Below are positions 8,176 through 18,035 of a stretch of DNA of 64,000 bases, one piece after another. Source of the DNA: Candidatus Sumerlaeaceae bacterium (GTDB lineage Bacteria > Sumerlaeota > Sumerlaeia > Sumerlaeales > Sumerlaeaceae); NCBI GenBank assembly GCA_049968255.1, contig JBMFRB010000003.1, positions 256,998 through 320,997 of the forward strand, in the 5' to 3' direction. The translations under genes and the position numbers were made by a program. The notes under the pieces were generated by a model. It did no database searches and had not been told where the DNA came from. It saw nothing but the letters and a program-made list of their open reading frames with translations. How positions within the stretch are numbered: the stretch's first letter is position 1; each line of letters begins with the position of its first letter.

Positions 8176-11154
8176 ATGAAGCTCCAAAGTGCACATTGTC
8201 ACGTGTTTACATTCGCCGTGCATCTTGGTCGGGCTACTGTTGTGAGGATCGGGTTGGCTACTCAACCGATGTGTGTTGTGATGGGAAGCGTCGTGAGTTT
8301 GCTGAGCGTCGCGCTTTGTGCTGCGCCTGTGCAAACATCTTATTTGTGGCATCTGCACCAACCCATCTATTGGCCTGATCAACGTTCCTACGGCACGGAC
8401 CATTACGAGGTGGCGTGGGACTCGATCCAGCAGCAAGATGGTGGACGTCCTCACCCCGCCGAAAATCTTCGCTCAATTTTCGGATTGGACGATCGTATCG
8501 CGGCGTACCAATACCGTCCTCGCGACAGTGTCCAGACCATCCTGGGGTTACCCGACGCGGGTGCCCAGGTCAATTATTCAGGAGCTCTCATCGAGAATGT
8601 CAATTCCTTGAGTGGCAACCTTGCCGGTTACTATTCGGGATGGCAAAACAGTTTCATCCAGGCGCACGGCTGGACCACCAGTGGCGGGAAGCCGCGTATG
8701 GACATTGTCAACTTTACTCATCATCATGCGCTGGCTCCGCTGCATACCACCCGTACGATCGAAATGGAGATTCGGTTGCATCAGTACATCGTGCAGCAGC
8801 GCTTCGGCATCAGCCCGTCGAAAGGGTTCTTCCCCACCGAAATGGCATTTAGCGAGCGGCTCATCCCTGTCCTGAAGTCGCTTGGCATTGATTGGACTGT
8901 CGTGTCGGGTAACCATTTATCTCGAGCATGCTCGGATTTCCCGCTCGTGCTTGGGAGCGGCGGCGAGAACTGCGAGCCACCTAACCTGGCCGACGTGCTC
9001 AACCCCTCGCAGGGCAATTACTTCCGCGCCACGATTGACCGTGGCTGCGCGCCCGCCAACGCTGTGCCCTTCGCCTACACGCCGCACCGGGCCCAATACG
9101 TAAATCCTTATACGGGCCAGGTAGATTCGATCATTGTTGTGCCCAGCGCGATGGAGTACAGCTGGTGGGATGGCTACCGCAATCTCGGCGCCAACGAGCT
9201 CTCGCCCATCGCGACGCTCAACAACCCCTCGCGGCCGATCCTTTTGCTCATGGCTCACGATGGCGACAACGCTTACGGCGGCGGCTATAGCTACTACATG
9301 GAAAGCGTGCAAAATTTTTGCAACGGTGCGGCAGCACTGGGCTACAACCCCACAACCGTCGAGCAATATCTGGCGCAATTCCCTGTGCCCACGAACGACA
9401 TCGTACACGTTGAGGATGGCGCCTGGGTCAATGCCGACAGCGATTTCGGTTCGCCCACATTCATCAACTGGAATTATCCCCTGCTGAATGTGTCTGGCCA
9501 GCCCGACCCGGTCAACGGTTGGCATGAAAAAGCGCGTGAATATGCGATCTACATCGCGACGGAAAATCGCCTCCGAACTGCAGAAGCAGTGCTGGGTCAG
9601 CCTGTGCGCATTCAGGAAGTGCTCAACCCTTCGGCTGGCGCGACAAACGTCGAGCGAGCATGGCATTACTATCTTGGTTCGCTCGACAGCGGCCAAGTCT
9701 ACTATGGCACACCGGGCGACGTTGAGGTACGCGCGACGATCGCCTGCAATCAGGCCGTGCAACGTGCCGACACAGTGCTGGCGGGACAATTCAACGACAC
9801 CGTCGGCCCAACCATCTGGATTCCGCAGCGCTGGCCCTACAACCCAGGCGCTGTGAACTTTGGCGTGGAAACAGGCTATCAGCAAAAAGTTCTAGGGCCG
9901 GATTTCACGGTGTGGACATTCGTCTACGACGTGAGTGGTCTGGCTTCCGTCACGTTGAAATGGCGGGTGGACAATGACGGCCAGAACCCGCTTTCTACGA
10001 CCGAGAACGAAACGTATGCGGGCGGCCCAGGTGTTGGAGCCTGGCAATCGTTGCTGATGAACGGACGCCTCTTTCCCGCCAACAACGTGTACAACAAGCC
10101 GGGAATCGATTACTACGTCTTGCCGCAGTACATTGCGTATCACTACAGCGCGACGATCACTGGTCAGACGAACAAGCTTATTGATTACTACGTCGAGGCT
10201 GTGGATACGCACGGCAACGTCGAGCGCTCGCCGATCATGCACGTCTGGGTAGGCGACCAAAGCGGCGGTAGCAGCGGCACGGGAAACCGCGTGACCCTCT
10301 CGCCCGCCACTCCCACTGCTGGCCAGCCGGTTGGCGTTTCGTACAATCCCGTGGGCGGCCCCCTTCAGGGCGCGACAACCGTGCTCATGCACTGGGGCAT
10401 CAACAACTGGGGCACTGTGCAGCCCGATGTCGCCATGACGTGGAATAGCGGCTCGCAGCACTGGGAGACCACGGTGACCCTGCCCGCCACCGCTACGCAA
10501 CTCGATATGGTCTTCCACAACGGCGCGGGGACGTGGGACAACAATAGCGGTCAGGATTGGCATTTTCCCGTCCAGGCTGGAACCCCACCTCTGTGGACGA
10601 TTGACGGCGTGGCGGAGAGCGACTCCCTGGTGCGCGCTCAAACACCAGGCGGACTCAAGCTCTGGATTGAGCGCGACGGAAACATGCTTTACGTGGCAAC
10701 GCAGGGTGCTGGCAGCGGCCGAGATCATTTTATTTTCATCACGCGTTCGCTCACAACCACCCGCCCGGCGCCATGGGGCAAAGCTGGCACCTGTGTGGCC
10801 TGGGATGCTATGCTTGCCAACGAAGCGGACAACAATTGGAGTGGCTGGTTCGATAAAAATGAGGCGCAAACGCTCGGCGGCTTCACTCAGGGGGCTTCGG
10901 GCGGCCCAGGTGGTGTGCTCGAAGGCACCGTAGACCTTGCTCAGCTCTATCCCAACACTGGCGGGATGATTGCCACAGCTGATGTGCCTAGCCCTATTTA
11001 TGTGGCAGCGGCTGAATACGGAACGAACAACGGCAGTGCGCTCGTAGCCACGACCCAGGTGCCCGCAACGACCAACGGCGATGGCAACCTTGACGCAACG
11101 GAATTCTTCGCCTATGGCCCCGCAGCCGGCGTCGCCGATTGGACGCTTTACTAA
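8176..11154 (+). CDS. Secreted GH119/GH57-fold alpha-amylase-like protein with starch-binding CBM (CBM25/CBM53-like)
   Basis: WHLHQPIYWP, GFFPTEMAFSERLIP (putative nucleophile Glu), AHDGDN (putative acid/base Asp), VHVEDGAW; CBM-like HWGINNW...VFHNGAGTWDNNSGQDW; signal peptide, true start probably 8242-8281. Confidence 0.8.
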   Translation: MKLQSAHCHVFTFAVHLGRATVVRIGLATQPMCVVMGSVVSLLSVALCAAPVQTSYLWHLHQPIYWPDQRSYGTDHYEVAWDSIQQQDGGRPHPAENLRSIFGLDDRIAAYQYRPRDSVQTILGLPDAGAQVNYSGALIENVNSLSGNLAGYYSGWQNSFIQAHGWTTSGGKPRMDIVNFTHHHALAPLHTTRTIEMEIRLHQYIVQQRFGISPSKGFFPTEMAFSERLIPVLKSLGIDWTVVSGNHLSRACSDFPLVLGSGGENCEPPNLADVLNPSQGNYFRATIDRGCAPANAVPFAYTPHRAQYVNPYTGQVDSIIVVPSAMEYSWWDGYRNLGANELSPIATLNNPSRPILLLMAHDGDNAYGGGYSYYMESVQNFCNGAAALGYNPTTVEQYLAQFPVPTNDIVHVEDGAWVNADSDFGSPTFINWNYPLLNVSGQPDPVNGWHEKAREYAIYIATENRLRTAEAVLGQPVRIQEVLNPSAGATNVERAWHYYLGSLDSGQVYYGTPGDVEVRATIACNQAVQRADTVLAGQFNDTVGPTIWIPQRWPYNPGAVNFGVETGYQQKVLGPDFTVWTFVYDVSGLASVTLKWRVDNDGQNPLSTTENETYAGGPGVGAWQSLLMNGRLFPANNVYNKPGIDYYVLPQYIAYHYSATITGQTNKLIDYYVEAVDTHGNVERSPIMHVWVGDQSGGSSGTGNRVTLSPATPTAGQPVGVSYNPVGGPLQGATTVLMHWGINNWGTVQPDVAMTWNSGSQHWETTVTLPATATQLDMVFHNGAGTWDNNSGQDWHFPVQAGTPPLWTIDGVAESDSLVRAQTPGGLKLWIERDGNMLYVATQGAGSGRDHFIFITRSLTTTRPAPWGKAGTCVAWDAMLANEADNNWSGWFDKNEAQTLGGFTQGASGGPGGVLEGTVDLAQLYPNTGGMIATADVPSPIYVAAAEYGTNNGSALVATTQVPATTNGDGNLDATEFFAYGPAAGVADWTLY

Positions 11155-11166
11155 GCAAGTCCGGTC

Positions 11167-12651
11167 TCAGCGAAGTGCCGAACCGTCAACGTGCACGCGC
11201 GCAGCTTGGCGCCTGGCGCGCTCGAGAATCGCTCGAACTTTGGCATCGGCCCCCCGCACCGCCGCCTCAGGCGCTGCTTGCCCCAGCAGCGCCCGCTGGA
11301 TTTCCTGCTGGAGCACTTTGTCGATGCGTTCGCCTCCGAGCACAAGCGGAGACATGATGCCTGCAGGAAATAGCGCGAAAACAGGGCCAAGCATGGGATG
11401 GTCGGCCCAGGGGTTGCCGGTGCTCTTGCGCGAAGGATAGACGTTTTCAAAGCGCAGAACACGCTGGCCCTCGCCGCTAACGAGGAATTTGACAAATTCC
11501 GCGCACAGGCGTCGCTTTTCTGGATCTCGCTGGCGGAACACCACATACGTGCCAAGCCCCGACGAACCCAGCACCGGGGTGGTCCCTGGATCATGCGGAG
11601 GGGCTGCGATGGCGTAGCGAATAGGATTCTCGAGTTCATCAAGACGGCCGGCTGCACGTTTGCGCTCGTTCGTACGTTCGATAGCGGCGTTAGCGACTTC
11701 CACGGCCGTAATGCACCACGCTCCCTGAAATGTCACGGCACAGGTGCGGCTGTCGCGCCAAATGTTCCAACTTTGTTCCTGAGTCATAGCGCCGATCTTC
11801 GGCTGCGCCACTTTGTACTCGCGCTCGAGCGCAATGAGTCGCCGCACTCCCTCCAAAAATGCTGGCGAACCTACGCCCGAGACCACATCGCCCTGCGCGT
11901 TGCGTTCGAGGATGCGGCCACCTGCGTTGAAGATGATCGAATAGGCTTCGTACTCCATCGGGCCAAGATTTGTCACAACGCCATAGTACTGCTTGCAGCG
12001 CCCAGCCAGCTCAGCCGGCGCCAGACCATCGTGTATTTGCCCATCGGGTGTCTCATATTTGGTAAGGGCGCGCATCTTCTGGACAAATTCTGCCCACGTC
12101 CAGCGGCCGTTGCGTGGAGGTTCCACACCAAATTTTTCGAAAAGGTCCAGATTGAGCAACGCCACGTAGCACGCCTTGTACCAGGGGACGGCGTAGATGT
12201 GACCCCCGTAAGAGACGGCTTCGATGTACTCTTCGTGAAAATCCGCAAGCTCATCCTGCAGAAACGCTTCCAGAGGTTCTAGCACTTCCTGCGCGATGAA
12301 ACGGCTCGACACATTCACTTGCCCGCACACGTCGGGAGGTCGGCCGCTATTGACCGCGAGTATGACTTTCTGCTGGCCGTCTTGCCATGGCAATTTCGTG
12401 TAGCGCACCCGCACGCCCTGGTGCGAAGCCTCGAATCGCTGGATTGCTTGCCTCAGGTATTCGTTTGTCTTCGGCAGGTGAGGGAAGTCCCAGAACTCTA
12501 TAAGATAAGTGCCAGGGGCTTCCGCGCGGCCGCGTGCCTCCGGACCGCTGCAGCTGCTCAACACTAAACAAGCGACCGCCGCGACGAATGCTAGCCAAAG
12601 AGCTAAGGTTGCTGTGCAGCGTGAACCACCGGGGGTGGCGCCAAAACTCAT
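11167..12651 (-). CDS. Sugar ABC transporter substrate-binding lipoprotein
   Basis: Lipobox LVLSSC, SGRPPDV, GHIYAVPWY, NLDLFEKFGVEPP..WTWAEF; GAAGG RBS before ATG 12651. Confidence 0.87.
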   Translation of the reverse strand: MSFGATPGGSRCTATLALWLAFVAAVACLVLSSCSGPEARGRAEAPGTYLIEFWDFPHLPKTNEYLRQAIQRFEASHQGVRVRYTKLPWQDGQQKVILAVNSGRPPDVCGQVNVSSRFIAQEVLEPLEAFLQDELADFHEEYIEAVSYGGHIYAVPWYKACYVALLNLDLFEKFGVEPPRNGRWTWAEFVQKMRALTKYETPDGQIHDGLAPAELAGRCKQYYGVVTNLGPMEYEAYSIIFNAGGRILERNAQGDVVSGVGSPAFLEGVRRLIALEREYKVAQPKIGAMTQEQSWNIWRDSRTCAVTFQGAWCITAVEVANAAIERTNERKRAAGRLDELENPIRYAIAAPPHDPGTTPVLGSSGLGTYVVFRQRDPEKRRLCAEFVKFLVSGEGQRVLRFENVYPSRKSTGNPWADHPMLGPVFALFPAGIMSPLVLGGERIDKVLQQEIQRALLGQAAPEAAVRGADAKVRAILERARRQAARVHVDGSALR

Positions 12652-12773
12652 CCTTCGACCCTCTCGCCGCGGATTCGCCGCGAAAAGTTTTGCCTTGTCA
12701 AAAGAAAGCGCATCAGAATTGCCTTGCTGAGACAAGAGTCGCGGCAAAGGAATTCTCGCCGGGATGAGATGGC

Positions 12774-15440
12774 ATGAGTGGGCGCGGGCGATCCTGGGTC
12801 TTGGGCGAAGGAACGTGGCTGGTGCTGATTGCACTTGCGTACGTCCTTGTCGGCGTGTTGCTTTTTGGCCGCGCGCTGGGGCCATGGTCGTACCTGCTCT
12901 ATGGACGGGACACCGTCTCTCACGATTATATCATGCTGCTCTACGGGTGGCAGGAGACTCTGGGGCGGCACTTCCTTCCGCTGTGGTGTCCGTACCTTTT
13001 TGGGGGGGTCCCTCTCATTGGCTCTTTTGCCTTTTGCCCCTTTTATCCCTCGCAATGGCTGTACGCCATTGTGCCGTTCAACACAGCCTTCACGCTGCAA
13101 TATCTACTGGCCATCGCTCTCGGGGGAGTCACCAGTGCGCTGTGGGCACGGCATCTTGGGTGCTCCCGCCTGGGGGCGATGTGTGCTGGCCTACTGTTCT
13201 GCGTTTCAGGCCATTTTCTCACGCTTGTGCACGCCGGTCACCTGCAGAAAGTCATGGCCATTGCGTGGGCGCCGCTCGCCCTCGCCATGGCGCCGAAGCT
13301 TTGCGAGCGTGGTAGCCGTGCGTTGCGTGCCATGCTGGTCGTCGCCGTGGCGTTGGCGATGCAGCTTTTTGCAAGCCACACGCAGATTGCTTATGCGACT
13401 GCGTCGGCAGTGCTTGGTTTCGCCATAGCTTCTTTCCGTGGCCAGCGCTGGAGCCATCCCCTGGTGCTAGTGCGGAATTTTGCCGGGGCTATAGCGCTCA
13501 GTGCGGTCCTCAGTGCTGCGCAATTTTTCCCCGGCATGGAAACCGCGGCACTCTCTAATCGTGCCGACGGAGTGAGCTTTGCCGAGGCGGTCGAGACAAG
13601 CTACCCACCCCGTGAATTGTGGGAATTCGTGATACCTCGTGTTTTCGGCGACAGCGTGTCGGGTAGTCCGGTCCCTTATTTCGGCTCTTGGGGTGAGCGC
13701 ATTGTTAGTGATTTTATCGGTGTTTCAGCCGTGCTTTTGGCGCTCATTGGTCTCTTTGCCGGAAAGGGGCCCTCGCGGAGGATGCTGGCGATCACTACCG
13801 TCATCTCTCTGCTTATTGGACTCGGCCGATACACGCCGATCTATCGCTTTCTTTACGAACATCTGCCTGGCTTCTCGCGATTTCGCTCTCCCGGCACCTT
13901 TATGTTTCTTGCCTCGGTGTGCCTTGTGCAGCTTGCCGCGCTCGGTCTTGAAGTCCTCTGGCGGGGGATTGATGGCGATCCGCTTCGCTTTCCACGCACC
14001 AGAGTGCTCGTTGTCGTGGGGTTTGGGGGCCTGCTCGGCCTGCTCATGACGGCGGCCCCAGCTGCGATTGGCCCCTTGCTTGGCATCGGGACGGCGGAGC
14101 AATGGGCAAAGTTTGGGTCGGTTCTCGGGCAAAACATTCGCGCAGCCGGCATGCAGTTTGTGGCCTCGGCCGCGCTCATTGCGGTCACGGCGATGGCGGT
14201 GCTGGCCTGGGAAAGCTCTCCAGGGGGCCAGCGCTCCCAAGGACGATATCTTTTTTCCAAATTAGCATTTATTGCATTAGTTCTGATGACTGTCCTTGTT
14301 CCCGCGCTTGCAAACCGGTACTTTATTCGATTTGCGCCGTTCGACGACTATCTCTTGTATTTGAGCTCCGAGAAGTCATGTGCGTCGAAATGGACTGACG
14401 AGCCAGCGCCGAGGGATATCGTGTGGCTTGCCAAATTATGCTTCGCGCCTCGGGCGCGCTCTTGGACTTCAGTGCCGAAGCGCATCATGGGGCCCAATCT
14501 TCTCGACAATCGGCCGCTTTTGTCGCGGACGGGGTCCCCCGCGGGTTATCACCCGGTGTTTCTCAAACGTTACGCCGATCTTGTTCAATCGCTTGGCTGG
14601 TATCATCCTCAATTGCTGCGCCAGTACGCCGTACATGAAGTGGCCGCGGATGCGTCGCTGTCGCTCCCGGCCTCAGAATGGGAACAAACGGGATCGAGGG
14701 ATCGCTCTCGGCAATGTTGGCAGCAACGTTTTCCCAAGTATCTGAGCGTCTGTCGACGCTTGGTCGTGTGTGCGACCTCTCAAGAAGTGATGAAAGTTCT
14801 GGCAGCCGATCCACATGCGACCCCGCCACAACGTCCTTTTGTCACTTTGCGATGGGCATCGGAGTTCACCACGAACGGCGTTGACAGTCCACTCGACCAA
14901 TGCGAATGGGCGGTGGTCGAGGCCTCCCGTCTTTGGCGGGCCGGACTACCTGTCTTTTGGATGGCCAACAGTGAGGATTGGTTCATTTGGTTTCCACGAG
15001 CCTATGCCAGGCTGATGAGGGACCAAGTGGAGCTCCGTGCTAGTTGTCCCCAGGGAATTTCACGTGTGCGTCCGTTGGTGACGTTCGACGATTACAGGCC
15101 TGGAGCGATGAAGGTGACACTTTTCTATCACGACCAAGGCATAATTCTTCTTGCCGAGAACTATTGTCCCGGCTGGAAAGTCGCTTCCAAAGGCAGAAAA
15201 CAAGTTACGGTGCTGCCAGTGAATCACGCGCAGCTGGGTATTCTCTTCCGACCTTCGCCTGGTGATTCTCCTCTGTGTTTATTGGAACTCACCTACGCCC
15301 CCTTCAGTTGGCGCCTAGGGCTATTTCTCTCTTTGGTCGCCTGGGCTACGCTTTTCGCTTACGTCCTGGCGCACTTCATGCAAAAAACACGATTTCATGA
15401 TGCATGCAAACACTGGACAATGCCCGCTCTTCACTTTTAG
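12774..15440 (+). CDS. YfhO-like polytopic membrane protein (GT-C fold glycosyltransferase)
   Basis: PLWCPYLFGGVP, FYPS, PGFSRFRSP, C-terminal ENYCPGWKV...NHAQLG...YAPFSWRLGL. Confidence 0.82.
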   Translation: MSGRGRSWVLGEGTWLVLIALAYVLVGVLLFGRALGPWSYLLYGRDTVSHDYIMLLYGWQETLGRHFLPLWCPYLFGGVPLIGSFAFCPFYPSQWLYAIVPFNTAFTLQYLLAIALGGVTSALWARHLGCSRLGAMCAGLLFCVSGHFLTLVHAGHLQKVMAIAWAPLALAMAPKLCERGSRALRAMLVVAVALAMQLFASHTQIAYATASAVLGFAIASFRGQRWSHPLVLVRNFAGAIALSAVLSAAQFFPGMETAALSNRADGVSFAEAVETSYPPRELWEFVIPRVFGDSVSGSPVPYFGSWGERIVSDFIGVSAVLLALIGLFAGKGPSRRMLAITTVISLLIGLGRYTPIYRFLYEHLPGFSRFRSPGTFMFLASVCLVQLAALGLEVLWRGIDGDPLRFPRTRVLVVVGFGGLLGLLMTAAPAAIGPLLGIGTAEQWAKFGSVLGQNIRAAGMQFVASAALIAVTAMAVLAWESSPGGQRSQGRYLFSKLAFIALVLMTVLVPALANRYFIRFAPFDDYLLYLSSEKSCASKWTDEPAPRDIVWLAKLCFAPRARSWTSVPKRIMGPNLLDNRPLLSRTGSPAGYHPVFLKRYADLVQSLGWYHPQLLRQYAVHEVAADASLSLPASEWEQTGSRDRSRQCWQQRFPKYLSVCRRLVVCATSQEVMKVLAADPHATPPQRPFVTLRWASEFTTNGVDSPLDQCEWAVVEASRLWRAGLPVFWMANSEDWFIWFPRAYARLMRDQVELRASCPQGISRVRPLVTFDDYRPGAMKVTLFYHDQGIILLAENYCPGWKVASKGRKQVTVLPVNHAQLGILFRPSPGDSPLCLLELTYAPFSWRLGLFLSLVAWATLFAYVLAHFMQKTRFHDACKHWTMPALHF

Positions 15441-15492
15441 AAATACTCCGTGTCCCGGCACGATCAAAAATGAAAGCTGAGCAAGACCTGAG

Positions 15493-16599
15493 ATGCCAAC
15501 GCTTCCGCTACACGAGCGCATAGCGTGCAATCATCCGCTGGCGCACCACACCACGATTGGAGTCGGCGGGCCGGCGCGCTATTTTCTACCGGCCAGCAGC
15601 GTCGAGGACCTTCGCTACGCCCTGAGGTGGGCTGCAGAGCGCAACCTGCCCGTCTTCGTTCTTGGTGGCGGGAGCAATGTGGTTATTGCCGATACGGGAT
15701 TTCCGGGACTCGTCGTTCAGCTCGCCACGCGCGGTTGGCAGATGGAAGCCCGCGATCGCCAAGCAATTATTTTGCGTGTTGCTGCAGGCGAGCGCTGGGA
15801 CTACGTCGTTGAACACGCTGTGACCGAGGGGTGGGCCGGCATCGAGTGCCTTGCGGGCATTCCCGGCCACGTAGGAGCCACGCCCATTCAGAATGTCGGT
15901 GCTTATGGCCAACAGGTTTCCGAGACCATCGTCGAGGTCAAAGCCATCGAGTTGGCAACGGGTCAAATGGTGACGTTTTCTGCGGCAGACTGTGCTTTCG
16001 GCTATCGCACGAGTCGTTTCAAGACGGTGGATGCTGGCCGCTACGTCGTGGTCGAGGTGGCTTACCGGCTTTTGCGCGATGCGATCCCGACGGTGCGCTA
16101 TGCCGAATTAGCCGCATATCTCGACGAGCAAAACATTCGCAACCCCACGCTTGCCCAGGTGAGAGGTGCAGTTCGTGCCATCCGTGCCCGCAAATCCATG
16201 CTGGCCGATCCGAATGATCCCAATGCGCGCAGCTGTGGATCGTTTTTTGTCAATCCCGTGGTGTCGCGCTCGCAGTTCGAGGAATTGGTCGCAACGGCGC
16301 GTCGAAAAGCCATGGTCGGACCCAACGACTTGCCCCCACACTACGCCAGTGGCGATGAGGTCAAGCTTTCGGCGGCCTGGCTCATTGAGCAAGCTGGCTT
16401 GCGTCGAGGCACACGGCTGGGCACTGCTGCACTGTCGCAAAAACATGCGCTGGCGATCGTGAACCTCGGCGGAGCCAAAGCCCGCGACATCATCGTCCTG
16501 GCCAAACTTGTCCGCACTCAGGTCTTCGACCGCTTTGGTATTCTCCTGCAGCCAGAGCCGGTCTTTGTGGGTTTTGAATCTGATCCTTTGGCGGACTAG
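15493..16599 (+). CDS. murB: UDP-N-acetylmuramate dehydrogenase
   Basis: TTIGVGGPA, LGGGSN, GIPGHVGATPIQNVGAYG, CAFGYRTSRFK, SCGSFFVNP, KHALAIVN, QPEP. Confidence 0.96.
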   Translation: MPTLPLHERIACNHPLAHHTTIGVGGPARYFLPASSVEDLRYALRWAAERNLPVFVLGGGSNVVIADTGFPGLVVQLATRGWQMEARDRQAIILRVAAGERWDYVVEHAVTEGWAGIECLAGIPGHVGATPIQNVGAYGQQVSETIVEVKAIELATGQMVTFSAADCAFGYRTSRFKTVDAGRYVVVEVAYRLLRDAIPTVRYAELAAYLDEQNIRNPTLAQVRGAVRAIRARKSMLADPNDPNARSCGSFFVNPVVSRSQFEELVATARRKAMVGPNDLPPHYASGDEVKLSAAWLIEQAGLRRGTRLGTAALSQKHALAIVNLGGAKARDIIVLAKLVRTQVFDRFGILLQPEPVFVGFESDPLAD

Positions 16600-17582
16600 G
16601 ACTGGCCGCCGGTTTGCGCCTGTTGTTGCTCTTGTTGCAGCTCGATGTATTTACCCATGACCCGAAATTTGCGGTAGCGTAGCTCGAGCAATTCGTTCAC
16701 CGGATAGGGGCGCAACATGGCGAGATTTTTCTCCAGGGCCTCGCCAACGTTCTTGAAAGTCGCTTGCGGATCGCGGTGCGCCCCACCCAGAGGTTCGGGA
16801 ATAATTTCGTCCACGACCTCAAGGGCAATGAGGTCTTTGGCCGTAAGCTTGAGTTGTTCGGCCGCGCGTTCTGCCATGCCGCGGTCCTTCCAAAGGATGG
16901 CTGCGCAGCCTTCGGGCGAGATCACGCAGTACCAGGAATTCTCCAACATGAGGATGCGGTCGCCCACGCCCACACCGAGCGCGCCCCCACTGGCGCCCTC
17001 ACCGATGACAATGCACACAATTGGCACTTGCAGTGTGAACATATCGCGGATGTTGCGCGCGATCGCCTCCGCTTGGCCTCGCTCTTCCGCGCCGATGCCA
17101 GGGAAAGCTCCCGGCGTGTCAATGAAGACGACGATGGGCAGGCCGAACTTGTCGGCAAGGCGCATGGCACGCATAGCCTTGCGATAGCCCTCGGGGTGCA
17201 TCATTCCCCAATTGCGCATGAGGTTTTCTTTCGTGTCGCGGCCTTTTTGCTGGCAAATGACGCAGAGGCGCTCGCCGCGGAAGCGCGCGAATCCGGTCAC
17301 GACAGCCTTGTCGTCGGCGAAAGCACGATCGCCGTGGATCTCCACAAAGTCGGTCATCAGGGCCTGGACAAAATCCAATGCGTGCGGTCGGTCCATGTGG
17401 CGTGCTAGCAGAACGCGCTGCCATGGCGTAAGGTTCTCGAAGATCTCGCGCTGTTTGCGTTCGAGCTCCTCGCGCAGGGCACGAATTGCCTCTTCATCGC
17501 GCGGCTCCTGCTTTTCTCGTTCGAGAAGCTGATTTTCCAACTCGATGATCGGCTTCTCAAAATCGAAGGCAGTGATTGCCAT
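16596..17582 (-). CDS. accA: Acetyl-CoA carboxylase carboxyltransferase alpha subunit
   Basis: FDFEKPI, HGDRAFADD, PEGYRKA, IDTPGAFPGIGAEERGQ, GEGASGGAL, VISPEGCAAILW. Confidence 0.97.
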   Translation of the reverse strand: MAITAFDFEKPIIELENQLLEREKQEPRDEEAIRALREELERKQREIFENLTPWQRVLLARHMDRPHALDFVQALMTDFVEIHGDRAFADDKAVVTGFARFRGERLCVICQQKGRDTKENLMRNWGMMHPEGYRKAMRAMRLADKFGLPIVVFIDTPGAFPGIGAEERGQAEAIARNIRDMFTLQVPIVCIVIGEGASGGALGVGVGDRILMLENSWYCVISPEGCAAILWKDRGMAERAAEQLKLTAKDLIALEVVDEIIPEPLGGAHRDPQATFKNVGEALEKNLAMLRPYPVNELLELRYRKFRVMGKYIELQQEQQQAQTGGQS

Positions 17583-17797
17583 GATCAGTCGTCGACTCCT
17601 CAATAACTCATTACGTAGCTTGCTTCCGGCGCGCATGGTTCACCGGAGCAGCACAGCGCATTTTTCGCCTCTTCACTCTGCTAAATAAAACATGTAGCAA
17701 AGAAGCAACCAGCTGCGGTGCCAAAATTCAAGCAAACATATAGACCAATTCAGCTTCCATTCATCGGCACCTTCAGAAAAGCCACGTCCCAACCAGC

Positions 17798-17831
17798 TGC
17801 GCAAAAAGTGACATCGGGTGCGCAAAAAGTG
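17798..17831. repeat. 13-bp direct repeat, candidate activator (enhancer) sites
   Basis: TGCGCAAAAAGTG at 17798-17810 and 17819-17831, 21-bp period. Confidence 0.6.
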
Positions 17832-17958
17832 CCGGTCACTGGTGAATTCTGAAAAGTTCCTGAGCGAAGAAAGTGCCAGTGATAAAAAATGAGAGTAGTA
17901 CTCAAGCTTTTGCGGTGTTTAGATCGCTCCAAGTTGCATGAAGAAGACCCGCCTGCTG

Positions 17959-17974
17959 TGGTTTAAGTTTTGCA
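17959..17974 (+). promoter_or_regulatory. Putative sigma54 promoter of gltB
   Basis: TGGTTT-AAGTT-TTGCA: GG-N10-GC spacing, good -12 element, imperfect -24 element. Confidence 0.45.
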
Positions 17975-18035
17975 CACACTAACGCCAGCCTACCGATGAG
18001 GTGGCTGGTATTTGCTCATACACAAATGAGGGACG

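Noticed and set aside
18001-18016. TGGCTGGTATTTGCT as a sigma54 promoter
   Set aside because: GG-to-GC spacing is 9 nt, not the required 10
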